Below, one piece after another: positions 10,611 through 23,989 of a stretch of DNA of 48,256 nucleotides. Position 1 is the stretch's first letter. The number at the start of each line of letters is the position of its first letter. The stretch comes from Octopus bimaculoides (lineage: Eukaryota), in contig NC_068981.1 in assembly GCF_001194135.2 (NCBI RefSeq), positions 144,875,697 through 144,923,952 of the forward strand, given 5' to 3'. The notes under the pieces were generated by a model. That model saw only the letters and a program-made list of their open reading frames with translations. It was not told the DNA's origin and did no database searches. The position numbers were made by a program, and so were the translations under genes.

Positions 10611-11313
10611 ATATGATATTATGTGTGTTAGGAATCAATATTTTGTTATAGAAAATAACAAAACATTAATTTTCTTTATCCAATTCATATTTGCCTCAGA
10701 AGTTTTCTTAATCTCAGTGTTTTATATCAGTAATAAAGCTGTGAAAAACCATTTCAGCGATAAACAAAACCTATATTGGAGCCCCATACAACAAAATGCT
10801 CAACATAATAAGCAAACTGCTAATATTGTTGTCACTTTCATTGTTAGGACCTGCACATAATTTTTTTTTATATATTCTGTGATATTAAAATGGTTTTCAT
10901 GTTGTACAATAAATGCATGCAAGCAGCTTTACGGTTCTGATCTGCAAACATTATTCATTTTAATTGAATGAAAAACAAATTACCATTTGCACGTATATAG
11001 AAAAGAGAGGTAGCTGACTAGGAAACATATATATATATGTATATATATATATATNNNNNNNNNNNNNNNNNNNNNNNNNNNNNNNNNNNNNNNNNNNNNN
11101 NNNNNNNNNNNNNNNNNNNNNNNNNNNNNNNNNNNNNNNNNNNNNNNNNNNNNNNNNNNNNNNNNNNNNNNNNNNNNNNNNNNNNNNNNNNNNNNNNNNN
11201 NNNNNNNNNNNNNNNNNNNNNNNNNNNNNNNNNNNNNNNNNNNNNNNNNNNNNNNNNNNNNNNNNNNNNNNNNNNNNNNNNNNNNNNNNNNNNNNNNNNN
11301 NNNNNNNNNNNNN

Positions 11314-11348
<35 letters not shown>

Positions 11349-12099
11349 ATAGATGATATTGTTGACAACATATACCTCCAAAATAATTAACAACAGGCTA
11401 GAACAAACATTCACAACTGTTTTAATGCGAATAACAAAATCAAAACAGGCGTCCTATTTCAACATTATGAAAGAATAAGAAATGATAACATCACTAACAT
11501 AAAGTGTGAGTTATTGCAATGAATTACAAAAATGTTCAAGAAGGCAAAACTAGAAAGTAAAAAGAAGCCAAAATAATCAAAGATACATAAAATTTTTCGA
11601 GAGTTTCTTGTAAATGTATGCTTGTCAAATTTCAGAAATATATCACACTAGAATAAATGAACCAAAAGATAGGCGCACGTTCCACCTATCAAACTGCATA
11701 TCTTCATTCTTTGATAAATTTTTCAATTCAGTCAACTACTTCGTTCAACATCTTATCAGTCATGAGTTACTCATTTGAACATTACCAGAGAAATTTCATG
11801 CAGATATTCCAAGGTGAGGAGTTAAGTCACTGAATATATATGTATAGCGATTCAGTTATACAGTATTTTATGATGAAATTATATTATTAAGCATCAAAGT
11901 ATTTCTTCGCCAATCTAAGACCTGTTCAATATTACTCTACTGTGTCTGATACAAAGCAGTATTAGTGATCAGGTTCTAAATGTACAATAAAATATTTTCA
12001 TACATTATATATACTGCTATTACAAAGTAAAGCCGGATGAATATAACTGTATAAGTGTGTTTTAAATTGCTTTACGATTTGCAAATGTTTCAATCATTT

Positions 12100-12986
12100 T
12101 CTTTCAACACATATTTTCAGTTGGGCACCGTTTGTAAGAACAACAGCACCATAATGCAATTCACTCTGCCAGAAATTTGGAAATGACATGCTGTAATGCT
12201 TGACATTCGCGTCAGAAGGTCCAATACGAACAATTGAGAGTGTTTTGGTGCCAATCTGAAGAGAGTGCAGAGGATTCGGAAAGAGTTGGATGAGTCAAAT
12301 GGTGATTACGAAGGTACGGCAACTCGGAATACTCACTCTGATCTTTCTTATAAGAAAAGAACTCCTGAATTTGTTGGTGAGATCCAGGTCATTATTGACA
12401 ACCATACATTCAAGTCAATCAGGTCCATCATGAGGGACATGCGTGTGTCTGAGTTTCTTATCAGGCAAGTAGTGCATGAAGACAATCCGTATTTCTCATG
12501 CAAGATAAGAAAGGGCCAATTTTTATCCCAAACCACCAAGTATAAGAAGTAAGATTGCACTACGAAGCTTTTGATCAAACTCAAGTATCCCCTCCAATCG
12601 AACATGCTTCGGTTTTTCTCAGACGAGAAATATTTCTGCCATGATCAGAACAAACGTTGGCTTACCATGTCCCCAAAATATATACCGAGAGTCAAACATG
12701 GAGTCAATATCGTGGTGTTTGAAGTGATCACTAGTAATGGCGACGTTATATCTCCATTCATCTTCCCACCAAACAGCCTCAGAATCAAGACGAAGGCCTG
12801 CACCAGTGCCTTAAGGAGGTAGTGTTACCTTGGGTCAAGAGGGTGGCTACTAGAAGACTCTGGCAACAGGACACTGCACCATGCCACACATGTAGGGGTA
12901 CCCAATCATGGGTATCAGACAATTTCTGCAAACACATCACTCCAAGCATCTAGCCACCTGACTCCCTAGATTGCAACCTTCTTGAA
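12100..12986 (+). mobile_element. Tc1/mariner DD37D-type (maT-like) transposase pseudogene, 3' truncated
   Basis: From ATG 12154: KRTPEFVGEIQ..SIRSI..VSEFLIRQVVHED..RKGQFLS; FFSDEKYF; QQDTAPCH (D codon 12870-72) and *PPDSLDCNLLE with the third acidic residue at 12984-86, 37 codons later; multiple stops. Confidence 0.9.
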
Positions 12987-12989
12987 TGT

Positions 12990-13110
12990 ATTAGCTTCAC
13001 GCTCAGTGAAAAGAAAGAGTTCGAGGTTTCGAGCATAGCTCTTCGTCAGAAATGAGAAAGGGAAAAGCTCAAAGTAAGAAAAGAAATCGCCAACAGCACA
13101 TGTATAGTTA
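12990..13110 (-). mobile_element. Probable Penelope-like terminal repeat fragment with degenerate hammerhead-like motif
   Basis: Minus strand CTGACGA-A-GAGC-TAT-GCTC-GAAAC; begins where the transposase is cut. Confidence 0.5.
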
Positions 13111-13344
13111 CATATATAAATATATACATATTGGCATGCCCCATTCTATCTCTATAGCTCCCGTACGCTGGAGTAATTAGTAGATGAAAATGATGCAATG
13201 GAAGTACATGCATGATTCGCCAGGCCTCTTCAAAGATTTACAAAATTCAATACATGAATTTTGCCAATTTTTAATACATATATAAAATAAGAATAAAAAT
13301 AAAAATATAAAAATATATAAAATGAAAAGTGAAGAATAGATCAT

Positions 13345-14290
13345 GTGTCGGTAGCAAGCACCTCAGGAAGTACTCTTTTGCTGGTTACATCTCATACAAA
13401 CCCGAACAGCCGGTCTTATATACCTCAAAGAAGCTATGCATGGATAGGTTTCTCGAAGACTTAAAGAAGATAGTAATATAGACATGAAGCGCAACCTCTT
13501 TTGGACTTGTGACCACTACATCACATCACACTTTGAAGATTATGCATTTGCAATCCAAGATTGCTAGGAAATACCTAATAATCAAAAGTGACAATGAAGT
13601 CCTTGGAGCTCCAAGATGAAACCTAAAATGTAGTTTATGTCATGTTTTCTTTTGTGGAAGACATCACACATGTGATTAGTAGCTGCCAAAAAATGTCATC
13701 AAGGTACTACCTCATGCTATAACACGACCTTGTCGCAGAAACAATGTACAATGTCATTCGGAAAAAAATGATTGTCCTGGAATAAATAAAGAGAATTCTC
13801 TTGTTACTGAATAAATACAAAAAACATCAACACAAAGAATATTGGTGGAACCTTCCCATAAAAAACATCGTTTCAAGTGTAAACATGACAGACCGGAATT
13901 TGTTGTTTGGGACAGACAAGAAAATGTATGTGCTGTCATAGAGGTCATTATTCTTGCTGATATATCGCTTTGAAAATAAAAGAGAAAAAGAATAATGATG
14001 TCCAGGTGCTCCGAAAATTCCAGGTTCTATTCTAAGAATATAAATTCAGATTTATAGCATTAATAATTGGTGCACTTGGTTTTATGAGTAAATGCCAATG
14101 TGATAATCTGAAAAAGCTAGCGCTTTCAGAAAAATAAATCCACCAACTAACTTGCGCATTATAAATACTAAGTATCAGTGAAACATAAAAAATATGCAAG
14201 ACTTTTCTCATGTTTAAGATATGACATTGTTTCTTTTTTTCATCTAAGATCGGGCGATGAGACGTTGTAAATTTAAATAAGGACTGAAGA
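13345..14290 (+). mobile_element. R4-clade RLE non-LTR retrotransposon, second family, 3' fragment (decayed)
   Basis: MHG...ITSHFEDYAFAIQD; KCSLCH...EDITHVISSCQKMSSRYYL..HDLVA; EYWWNLPI; KHDRPEFVVWDR; YKFRFIALIIGALG; KICKTFL; ends at (AC)n. Confidence 0.88.
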
Positions 14291-14292
14291 GA

Positions 14293-14347
<55 letters not shown>

Positions 14348-15797
14348 CACACAAACACACATAGACACTGATCTTACTGCTTCACAGATGATTATATTTT
14401 CTTTTATTGATTCATTTTAAAAGTCAAAATGAAATATTTGAAACCTCATCTGAACAAAGCAATATTTCAATCTGAATCAGGGTTAATAAAAATAGTACAT
14501 CACATATAAATAACAACGTTGTAGACCTTAAAGCAATACATATAGCATCATTTTACTTTTATTTACTTTTGATATTGGTTATCAACATCTTTCGGATCAA
14601 GTCTTTGATCCGCTTACTTATTCAAAGAATTGCTAGAATTAATTATATTATTCTAAATGACGCAAACTTATGGCTTCTTTCACTGTGAAACCATAAGCTT
14701 TACAGATAATTATAACACCGATTACTATTAGGAAAGTTTAAATTATTTCGATTTAAAAGCTTGTTACTTTATTGGCTGCCGAAAATTAGAATCGAGCAAA
14801 TCTCTTTCATATGTTATAATATTCAAAATGTGTACACCTAACTCTACTGAAATCCACAGAATACTTTTAGTTTTATGTTATTGGGTTTCTTTATCTTCAT
14901 AGTATTATCAAAAGGTTACTACACATGTGTTATTATATTAGTATACAGATCAGCAATATGTTGTACGTAGGAACATATCTCTTTACACGTTCCTACGTGT
15001 AAGATATCTAACAAAGTTATATCGAGATACATGTTAAATAAAACGTGACAATATTCTCATTACAGTCATGTTCCTAGGATCAAAACTTGAATACTTCAGC
15101 ATAATACATAGCGAAGAGAATTCCGAATGGGGTTATTACGACATTATGTATTTATCATTTACATGACAGCGTTATTGATTTAAATCGATTGCTGCGGATT
15201 ATCCAATGATTACAAGCTGTTTGTCTCTTCTGAAAACAACACACGATAGCCATCTTGAACACGTTTAAGCAAGTATCTTAAGAACAATTGTAAAAGTACC
15301 TGTGTATCGAGATCAAATTTTCAGCATCACAACCGATACATTTAGCAATAAAAAGTCACGATTTCGATTTTTAATATTTTACTTGACGTAAGCCTAAACA
15401 AACAGTTTATTTCTCAGAAACACAGATCTGACAGCCACGTTAGACTTTTCATGATTATCTAAGTATAATTTCCAATATCTCAATAACAAATTTGTACAGT
15501 TTTAAGCGTTATTTTTATAACTGCTGTACAAACAATAACATTTTTATTTTCTCTGGACTTATCCTAAAGTAGCTTTCCATAATTCGAAAATATACAAAAG
15601 CAACATTAAATACAGATTATCAAATGGATGCAGATATGATTGTATGGTTTGAAATTTGCTTTACACGTATGTCTTGATTCTAGATTCGATTCTACTGTTC
15701 GTCATTTTGAGGATTTGTATCCTCTCATACCCTCGGTTTGAGTAATACCTAGTGAATAATATTATCTAGATGGAGACAGTGCGTAATTCCTGGAGTG

Positions 15798-15842
<45 letters not shown>

Positions 15843-16002
15843 GTATGTAGGTATGTATGTATGTATGTATATTATGCATATTACGGAGGTGTATTTGCAT
15901 ACTAAGTGACTTGATCTGAGATCGTGTGCTGAAACCAAAAAAATGCAGCGTGAAAGGTGTTTATAAGCCATTTAAAAGCACATAAAAAAAGCGTTGGATT
16001 CA

Positions 16003-16146
16003 TTCAGCATGTAACTTTAATTTGTCATGATATGTTCGTCGTTTTGAAACCGTGACCTCTTCCCTGAAAAAATTCCGTGCTGCAGTGAAGAGGTCGCTGT
16101 TTTAAAGAGACGAACATAGCTTGACAAATTAAATTTAAATGTTGAA
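16003..16146. repeat. Long imperfect inverted repeat (64-position stem, 16-nt loop); MITE-like or structured RNA
   Basis: 16003-16066 pairs in register with 16083-16146: 53 Watson-Crick, 4 G-T on the + strand, 7 mismatches, no bulges (hand count). Confidence 0.93.
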
Positions 16147-16299
16147 GTGAAGATCGCTGTCAATTGTAAGGTACCATGATTTGGTACTATATACCATTTT
16201 TTCGTTAAGCATTTAAAATACTTATGTACTCGGAAGCAAAGATAGACATGTTCTCTATCTCCAGCCTTTGAACTAGTGAAACAGCTAGAGGTTTTGACT

Positions 16300-16475
16300 A
16301 GTGGAATGAGAGACAGCTGCACCAGCACTCAATTGGTACCTGCTTTCAACTGAGTAGACTGGAACAACGCGAAACGAAGTGCGTTGTGCAAGGTCGCAAA
16401 ATGTCATTCGGTCTACAAATCGAACTACGGTCTCATAATCATGAACTCTATACTTTAACCACTATACTACGTGTC
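16300..16475 (-). mobile_element. Degenerate tRNA-head SINE with CORE-like segment (third family)
   Basis: Reverse complement: TAGTATAGTGGTTAAAG...GTTCGATTT, then GACCTTGCACAACGCACTT...GTTCCAGTCTACTCAGTTG. Confidence 0.5.
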
Positions 16476-16624
16476 TTAATATATAAATAAAAATCAAAGA
16501 AAATTATCTTGTGGTATTTATTTTATAGAAGTCGCACAGCCACTCGCTTGTTACTTTCACCGTCAGAAAATTCATTGAGTGATATATGGGATGTTGGAAA
16601 CCAACAATCAGAAGCGTTATACGC

Positions 16625-16737
16625 AAAAATCATCATCGTTGTCATCATCTTCATCATCATTATCAACAACAATATCAACAACATCATCACCACCACCACC
16701 ACCACGTCGTTGTCATCATCATCATCATCATCATGTG
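16625..16737. repeat. Compound trinucleotide repeat (ATC/AAC/ACC)n
   Basis: Direct reading; gives spurious poly-H/S/T/D ORFs. Confidence 0.93.
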
Positions 16738-19049
16738 ATACCGTCTGCATTTTGCGCTAGCTATAGTATGAATCGCCATCTCAGTCCTACATGTGCTGTC
16801 CATAAGCGTTCACTATCTTAATCTGACCAATTCTTAATGTATTCCATTCACGAATTTCTTGATTTTCTTGTTTCTCTCTTCCATTTCAAACGTCTTTCTC
16901 TGTAAACAATTTTCCAAACCAAGTGTCCAAAATAATGCATTACACAAATCCCTTGAAAACATATAGTTTTTCTTTTACTTTTTTGTTCTGTTTTAGTTAC
17001 ATGGGTAGGCAACAATAATTTAATTAATCCTCTGTTTAAAATACTAGAGTGCAACATTATATTAGTTATCCCGTTATATTCTTAACTATTTTAGCTACAC
17101 ACGCGGTAAAGCATAAATTGTATTTCGAACACCACAAAGGTACAGGATAGGGATAAAATCTGTAGATAATGTAATGAAGAATTACATAAATGATTGTTTA
17201 CTCTCCATGCACGAGCCAATAAATATAAGAGGAAATATGAGAAAATGAAGTGAACACAGTCATTCATAATGCTGGTGTTGTTGGTACTGTGCATGAATAT
17301 TTTGCTCTTATATATATGAGGTCGAACCACAACGTCGAGACTCTAATTGGGTTCGCTGAGGTCAACATTGCCATATATAAAATAAAGCACGAGGTGGATT
17401 GGCTGAACTGTCAAAGGATCGAGAGCGATGTTTTGCGCTATCTTTTGTAACTTTGCTTTCTTACAGAAACGCATGCAACGACACTGGTACGATGCTGTAT
17501 TGGTAATCATTTTCTCTTAGATAATGTGGGGGGGGGGAAACTTGCATGAATTGGCTACTGTCAGTCTTCATCAAGAGATCTTACCCGGTCTTGCGTTTAT
17601 ATGTGCAGAAGCATGGTCAACCGCAATCGATGGCCGCTTTGTATATTTTGTCACAAGAATTGATGCACCCCTACTCCCTCAGACTGATGAGATTGATGCT
17701 TGGTCAGGTAGAATATTTCTCATGGAAAGATATAAATGATGGTAGCCTGAGAACTCATGTTGATTGATGACTACAGTTAAAGCATTCAAAGACCATGAGA
17801 ATACTTTTATATATGACTGCATACCGAACAGCATACTACTGTAAGCTGCAGAAATATACAATAATGATTACATATTCAATCGCATGATTTCCAGTGTTAA
17901 AGTTTAAATATTGATGTTGTAGGGGTCAGCCTTGACGCGGTATCCATATGACCCAATAGATTAAAAGACTCACTCTTGAATAAACGGCTTTAGAACATTT
18001 CTTCCTAATAACGGGATAAATCATCACAACTAACGTTTGTTATTGTTATAATTGTTGTTGCTTTACAACAGAAGGTTATCTATAATTTAACAAAGAGCAA
18101 GCATTTGATCGACTGAAGAACTGAGTGTGATATGCTGTAGTGAATTGTGTGGGTATATTGTTTCTGAACTGCGCAGTATGTTTCTGTACGCCCGTAGCTT
18201 CTGGAAGTGACATCAGAAGATACGAGCTAGGTAACATCAGTCGGAGCGTAAAAGTCATTATTCTTCTGCACTTATCATAGGTAAGACTCAAGGAAGGTTG
18301 TTTTTTTTTCTCAGACACACTGTGACTGTCTTTACCTGGCTGCTCAACCCACTAGAAGTAGTACCCAAATCTCGAACATCTTCCTCTCAAATGTATAAAA
18401 TAATGGATAAGTACTCCAAAATAGAACATGATATGCTAAAAACAAGGATGTAACAGTTTGAATGTCCGTCAAATGATATATATTCCAAATATAAAACAAG
18501 TGTTCCAATACTATATGCAAATGAAATACATAAGTGACGACTGTTCATGGAAAGAGAAATTTGTTTCCTATTTCAAAGTTTCCAGTGAACATACATGCGC
18601 ATTTAACAGATAATAGCAATATTTAAATCAATTTTCTAAATAGCATGGTCAAAGTAATCGAAGTATCGTGCAATTGAATCATGGCAGCAAATTCAATTTA
18701 CTAGATATTAAATCCATTCTGCATCACATAATGATCATAAATGGAATTATAAAACATCGCATACCATAAATTGTCTCCTGCTAACAGGTATATACATATA
18801 TATAAATATATATATATATATATATGCATGTGTGTGCTTTGTAGGTGTATGTCAGTGGAAGTATGCATAAATATGTGTGTATGAATGTATGTACGTACGT
18901 ACGTACAAATATACACAGATTATAGGTGAGAGCTACATATGTTCAGTATAGAAGACATGAAGTAGTACTCAAATGAATTTGAACATAAACTCGTCATCCA
19001 GGAATAGGTCCACAGCGTAAGCCGGTATAGAGATAGTGAAATAATTGTA

Positions 19050-20249
19050 AAAAGTGCGAGAGGTATTTGAGGACAGTTTTGGTATACAATAAAACAACTA
19101 TATTTCAACATAAATATGCATTTAAATAAATATTTGTGCAATTAGTCTTGATAATGATTTTTCTAAGCACATTATTCTATGAAACCATCTTCAGTTTCAT
19201 GACTGCTTCAAGGCAGGACCGAAACCGCTGGCATGCTAACACCTTATTCATTTCGAACATTGCCTGAACAACAGCAGCCTTCAGTGAAGCCACGGTATTA
19301 TGAGAATTATGATTATTCTTTCTTTCAACAGTGCTCCACACGTAGTAGTCCATAGCGTTCAAATCTGGAGGGTTTGGAGGCCACATATTGGGTGTTAGAT
19401 AATCGTAAAGATCGTCTGACAACCATTCTTGGGTGACTAGGGTCTTATGAGAAGGTGCTGAGTCTTTTTGAAACATGTATGGCCTTCCATTGAATACTTC
19501 ATGAAAACAGGGTTTGGTATCCAGAGGCATTAATTCTAACACCTTATGGAAAAACGTGGGGAGGCCTCACATGAACTTCGTTACTTACCACTCCTAAAAC
19601 CATCACAGTTGCTGAAAATTTCGTGTGCATCACTATAGGTACTGCAGAAGGATCTGCATATAACCACATGTCATTTCTTCTGTTAGACCTTTGATCCTTG
19701 TCAAAGATTTTTTTCGCCAGAGAAAATCCTAAGCATACCTTGTTCATGAGTGTTTTTCCCTTTAAGCAACCGTTTTGAACGAATAAAACGGTTTTCCTGT
19801 GTCTTTGCATACACAAATTCGACTTTCCCCATTATATAGGACTTGTATCGAACGTCACAGTGTGCCAAGGTTCTGATAGACTACTCTGTCACCCGAAGAG
19901 TTTTAGCAATGGACTTCATTGATCTTCTGGGTTTCTGAACATGTTGTATAAATTCCGGTGTCCTTTTAGAGTCTGAGCTTTGTGAATTATTTTTTACTTT
20001 GATACAGGTGAAAGATTACCATCACATGCCTCCAATTCCGACCGAACTTTGTGCACAAATGATCTTTCAACATTTAGAAAGTTTCTAAATCACTGGTTTG
20101 CATATATAGCAACTATGACTGCATGTCTTTTCATTTCTTGAGTTAGCAAGATATCTTGAAAGGGTTATCTGAAAACAAAATGATACACTAAATAATTTAA
20201 AGGTGTAATGAACTAAAAAGGAAATTTCTCAAATACCCCTCGCACCCTG
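19050..20249 (-). mobile_element. Near full-length Tc1/mariner DD37D (maT-type) element, decayed, with TIR remnants and TA flanks
   Basis: FQKDSAPSH...WPPNPPDLNAMDYYVW gives 37 residues between D2 and D3; N-terminal RTPEFIQ; GTGCGAGAGGTATTTGAG (19054-71) matches the reverse complement of 20228-45 at 17/18; TA at 19048-49 and 20250-51. Confidence 0.92.
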
Positions 20250-20271
20250 TATACACACACACACACATACA

Positions 20272-20311
<40 letters not shown>

Positions 20312-20395
20312 NNNNNNNNNNNNNNNNNNNNNNNNNNNNNNNNNNNNNNNNNNNNNNNNNNNNNNNNNNNNNNTATATATATATATATATATATG

Positions 20396-20470
20396 GTCAA
20401 GGTGCAAGGCAGTGGGACTGGACCCGGAACCATATAGTTAGTAAGCAACTTCTTATCACACAACCACATA
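20396..20470 (-). mobile_element. Family-B SINE 5' head (rest in gap or microsatellite)
   Basis: Reverse complement GTGTGATAAGAAGTTGCTTACTAACTATATGGTTCCGGGTCCAGTCCCACTG..CACCTTG. Confidence 0.75.
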
Positions 20471-20818
20471 TATTCATACACACACACACGCAGATATACG
20501 AGAACATACAGGCAAGACATATTATACGGCTGACAAATGTAGTCTAAAATGTAGTTGAAAATGTAGAGCTTTATTGAAACTGGAAAAACTTCGAAAAATG
20601 CTACACAGAATTTCACATAGTCTATCTTCAGTCAGAAGTCTAATGTTACAACGAAATAAGTATTAAAACCGACAAAGTTGAAACCAAACTAGAAATTATT
20701 TCTATAGAAAGACAGATACGTCCATTAGCATATTCAGCCACAGGTTCATATATTTACGCATACGTGTGTGCATCTGTGCCTCTATATATATCTACAGATA
20801 TACATTTAGATATATGCA

Positions 20819-20872
<54 letters not shown>

Positions 20873-21714
20873 TGTGTATGTGTGTATGCATGTATGTATA
20901 TATATATATATGTCTGTATATATAGATATATTTGTGTATGTACGAATGTATGTATGTATTAATGCTGCTTCTTTTCTGAACATATAAAGTGTGGGAGTTT
21001 TTGGTATGGTAATATCAATGTCATATCGCCAAAGTTATAATCTTGTATGGATGAAGTATTCCTTAGACTCTAAAGAAATGTTCGAATGCTTAGAACATCA
21101 TTTTCGATCTTAATACAAATTATGTGACCAACCTGACAGAAAATGACACTTTAAAGCAAGGTGAGACTTGATAGTTTGCATACAAGAAATTTCTTGTGCT
21201 TGGTTCTTTGAATTCTTTGCTATTTCTCATTAAATATTGGAATATATTCAGCTTCCAGATGGTATATTTTGTAACTTAGATCCACGTTTCACTGACACAC
21301 AAAAGAATGGAAAAGAAATAGATATAACTTCAATCATCATCCAGTACTATCAATGTTTCTCTTGTTTTCTCTTTCCCCACAAGAAAAATGTTGAAATATA
21401 TTAATATTTAAAATAGGATATTAACAGAGGAATACATTAAAACGAAGACCTGAATTCCACACAAGTGTACTAAGAAAACAACATGAGTAAATTGATGGAG
21501 ATTGAGTCGTTTAAGACATAAATACTATAGTAGAACCGTTGCAGCTGCGAATATTTCCTACAGGTATAACATAAATATCAGAATAATTTCCTTGTAACGA
21601 GTGTGTTGTCTTTTATGATGGAAATTATATGTAAACGCAGAAATTATAGTAGAAATATGTCGAATACGATATATTTCAAACCCATTCACGTGTACAATAC
21701 ATACGATTGAAGCA

Positions 21715-21753
<39 letters not shown>

Positions 21754-22088
21754 NNNNNNNNNNNNNNNNNNNNNNNNNNNNNNNNNNNNNNNNNNNNNNN
21801 NNNNNNNNNNNNNNNNNNNNNNNNNNNNNNNNNNNNNNNNNNNNNNNNNNNNNNNNNNNNNNNNNNNNNNNNNNNNNNNNNNNNNNNNNNNNNNNNNNNN
21901 NNNNNNNNNNNNNNNNNNNNNNNNNNNNNNNNNNNNNNNNNNNNNNNNNNNNNNNNNNNNNNNNNNNNNNNNNNNNNNNNNNNNNNNNNNNNNNNNNNNN
22001 NNNNNNNNNNNNNNNNNNNNNNNNNTATATATATATATATATATATATGCATACATATATTAATATGTAACTATGTATAATATAAGTG

Positions 22089-22123
<35 letters not shown>

Positions 22124-23758
22124 GGAGGGGAAGACGAAGGAGAACATTGAGAACATAGATTGTTAAATATTATTCGTACTTTCACTGCAGTGTATGCGAA
22201 TACATTTACTACTAGTATTTGTTTATTAACCAAACATCTTATTCACTCATGACAGAAAATATCGGCTTTAAACAAACAACATTTTAAATATTCGATTTTA
22301 TCTCAACATCCAGCTGTTATTAACCGACACAATCGTACGTTCTAGATTTTTGTTAAAATACCATTGAAGACAGCATACAGCTACAGGGCATTGATAATAG
22401 TTAAAGAATTAATTTGTCGAAAAAATGTTTGATAGTTTTGTTTTTCGCCTTTTTTTCTTTTGCTTTTTAGTAGGGGAGACGCGAATGAATTCGATCTACA
22501 CTGCTTTCTTCTAAGAGATGTATGCACATTGTTTATGAAAGCATAATTAAAAGTTGCTCGAAGAAAAGTGGTTAAGTATTCATTCTAATCAATGTTCAAA
22601 GTCCAAAACCAAAAATGAATGTACACACATACATGTAAGCATAACGATACGAGATCTGCATAAGCGTTAAAAATATATTGTAAAGACAAAGAACAAAATC
22701 AAGTGGAAAAGAGCAACAGAAGAGGGCTAAGTTTTAACTGCCCTCTATTTCATACTCCTTGATTTCTCTTGAATGATGTTATTCTGGTGAATGATTTGCA
22801 TCCAAAACGTTAACTCCCTTACTTAATGATATACCGCATTCGTGGGATAAGGATTAGAGTGGAATATTTATTTGTTTATCTGATTTTATTTAAAGACTAC
22901 TTTTTCGACTAACTTTGAATGTTTTTAAATTTACAATTGCAATTGATATAACTAACTGTATTTAAAAGAGAATTTCGAAGAAATTACTGAAAAAAGGTTA
23001 CGATAAGATTGCTTATTCCGGATCTCCGCCTGTTGAACATTTTGTTACAGTTTCCATGGAAAATATATTGGATAAAATAAGGTCTGGCAATATAACATAT
23101 CTTAAATGCTGAATTTTATAAAATAACTATTCCTATATGTCACATCTCAATCTAACATGTAAAAAAATAGGGCGGGAAAGCATTGTATGTAATGTAGTAA
23201 TAGTAACAGACGATTTTTTTCTGAATTAAAGACGGTGTTGGTTATGATTGTAATGCCTTTAATAATGCGTGTGCTCAATGGGGACGAACATGAATTTTAC
23301 TACAACGTCAATAACAATAGCAAAACCAATACTTGAAATATGATTAGATCCGTTGACGGAACACATTACCATTCAAACCAAAATCTTCAATATACGTTAT
23401 AACCACTACTCTTGAGTCACGAACTTTGTAATCATAATACATCTAAATTTATCTCCTTATATCATAGCAACTTAATCATAGTTATTGCCATAACATATTT
23501 TATGTTGCCAACTCCAATCTGTAATTTATCAATATAACACGTCCAACAAAGTGGGTTTACATTTATTGCTTCCTCTCCTCCGCTATTTAACTCTCTCACT
23601 TTTCTCTTTCTCTCTTTGTGTCGAATTCTCTCCTTCACTCTCCCATTTATGATATATATTTTGAAAGCATTGAAGAATAATCATATAATTTATTACTATT
23701 TACACATATACCTGTGTATGTATGTGTTTACCTGTGTGTCAATATATAGATACATAAG

Positions 23759-23989
23759 GGCGACGAGCTGGCACAATCGTTAGCACACCGGGCGAAATGC
23801 TTAGCGGTATTTCGTCTGCTGTTACTTTCTGAGTTCAGATTTCACCGTGGTCGACTTTGCCTTTCATCCTTTCGTGGTCGATTAAATAAGTAACAGTTAC
23901 ACACTCGGGTCGATGTAATAGACTTAATCCCCCTGTCTGTCCTTGTTTGCCCCCTCTATGTTTAGCCCCTTGTGAGTAATAACGAAATA
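23759..23989 (+). mobile_element. Family-A SINE, full length
   Basis: GGCGACGAGCTGGCACAATCGTTAGC head, GAGTTCAGATTTC, central domain, tail TTTAGCCCCTTGTGAGTAATAACGAAATA. Confidence 0.92.

Noticed and set aside
11345-11600. Possible second GIY-YIG C-terminal trace (TGVLFQH...KEAKII)
   Set aside because: Needs several frameshifts in A-rich sequence; cannot be distinguished from chance
17090-17770. GC-richer island with several 60-80 aa ORFs, splice-like sites on both strands and a TGA-TGC suggestive of Sec
   Set aside because: No coherent exon chain or SECIS seen; minus-strand traces (VSPP, LPI..TSVVA, DP.QF..ST, IRV..FDLI) are better explained by a heavily decayed L2/CR1-type RT, too weak to call as a feature
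20595-20635. Minus-strand CTGAAGA...GAAATTC
   Set aside because: No convincing stem I or II
21252-21400. LPDGIFCNL, an LRR-like motif after an AG
   Set aside because: Single motif, no repeat periodicity and no donor
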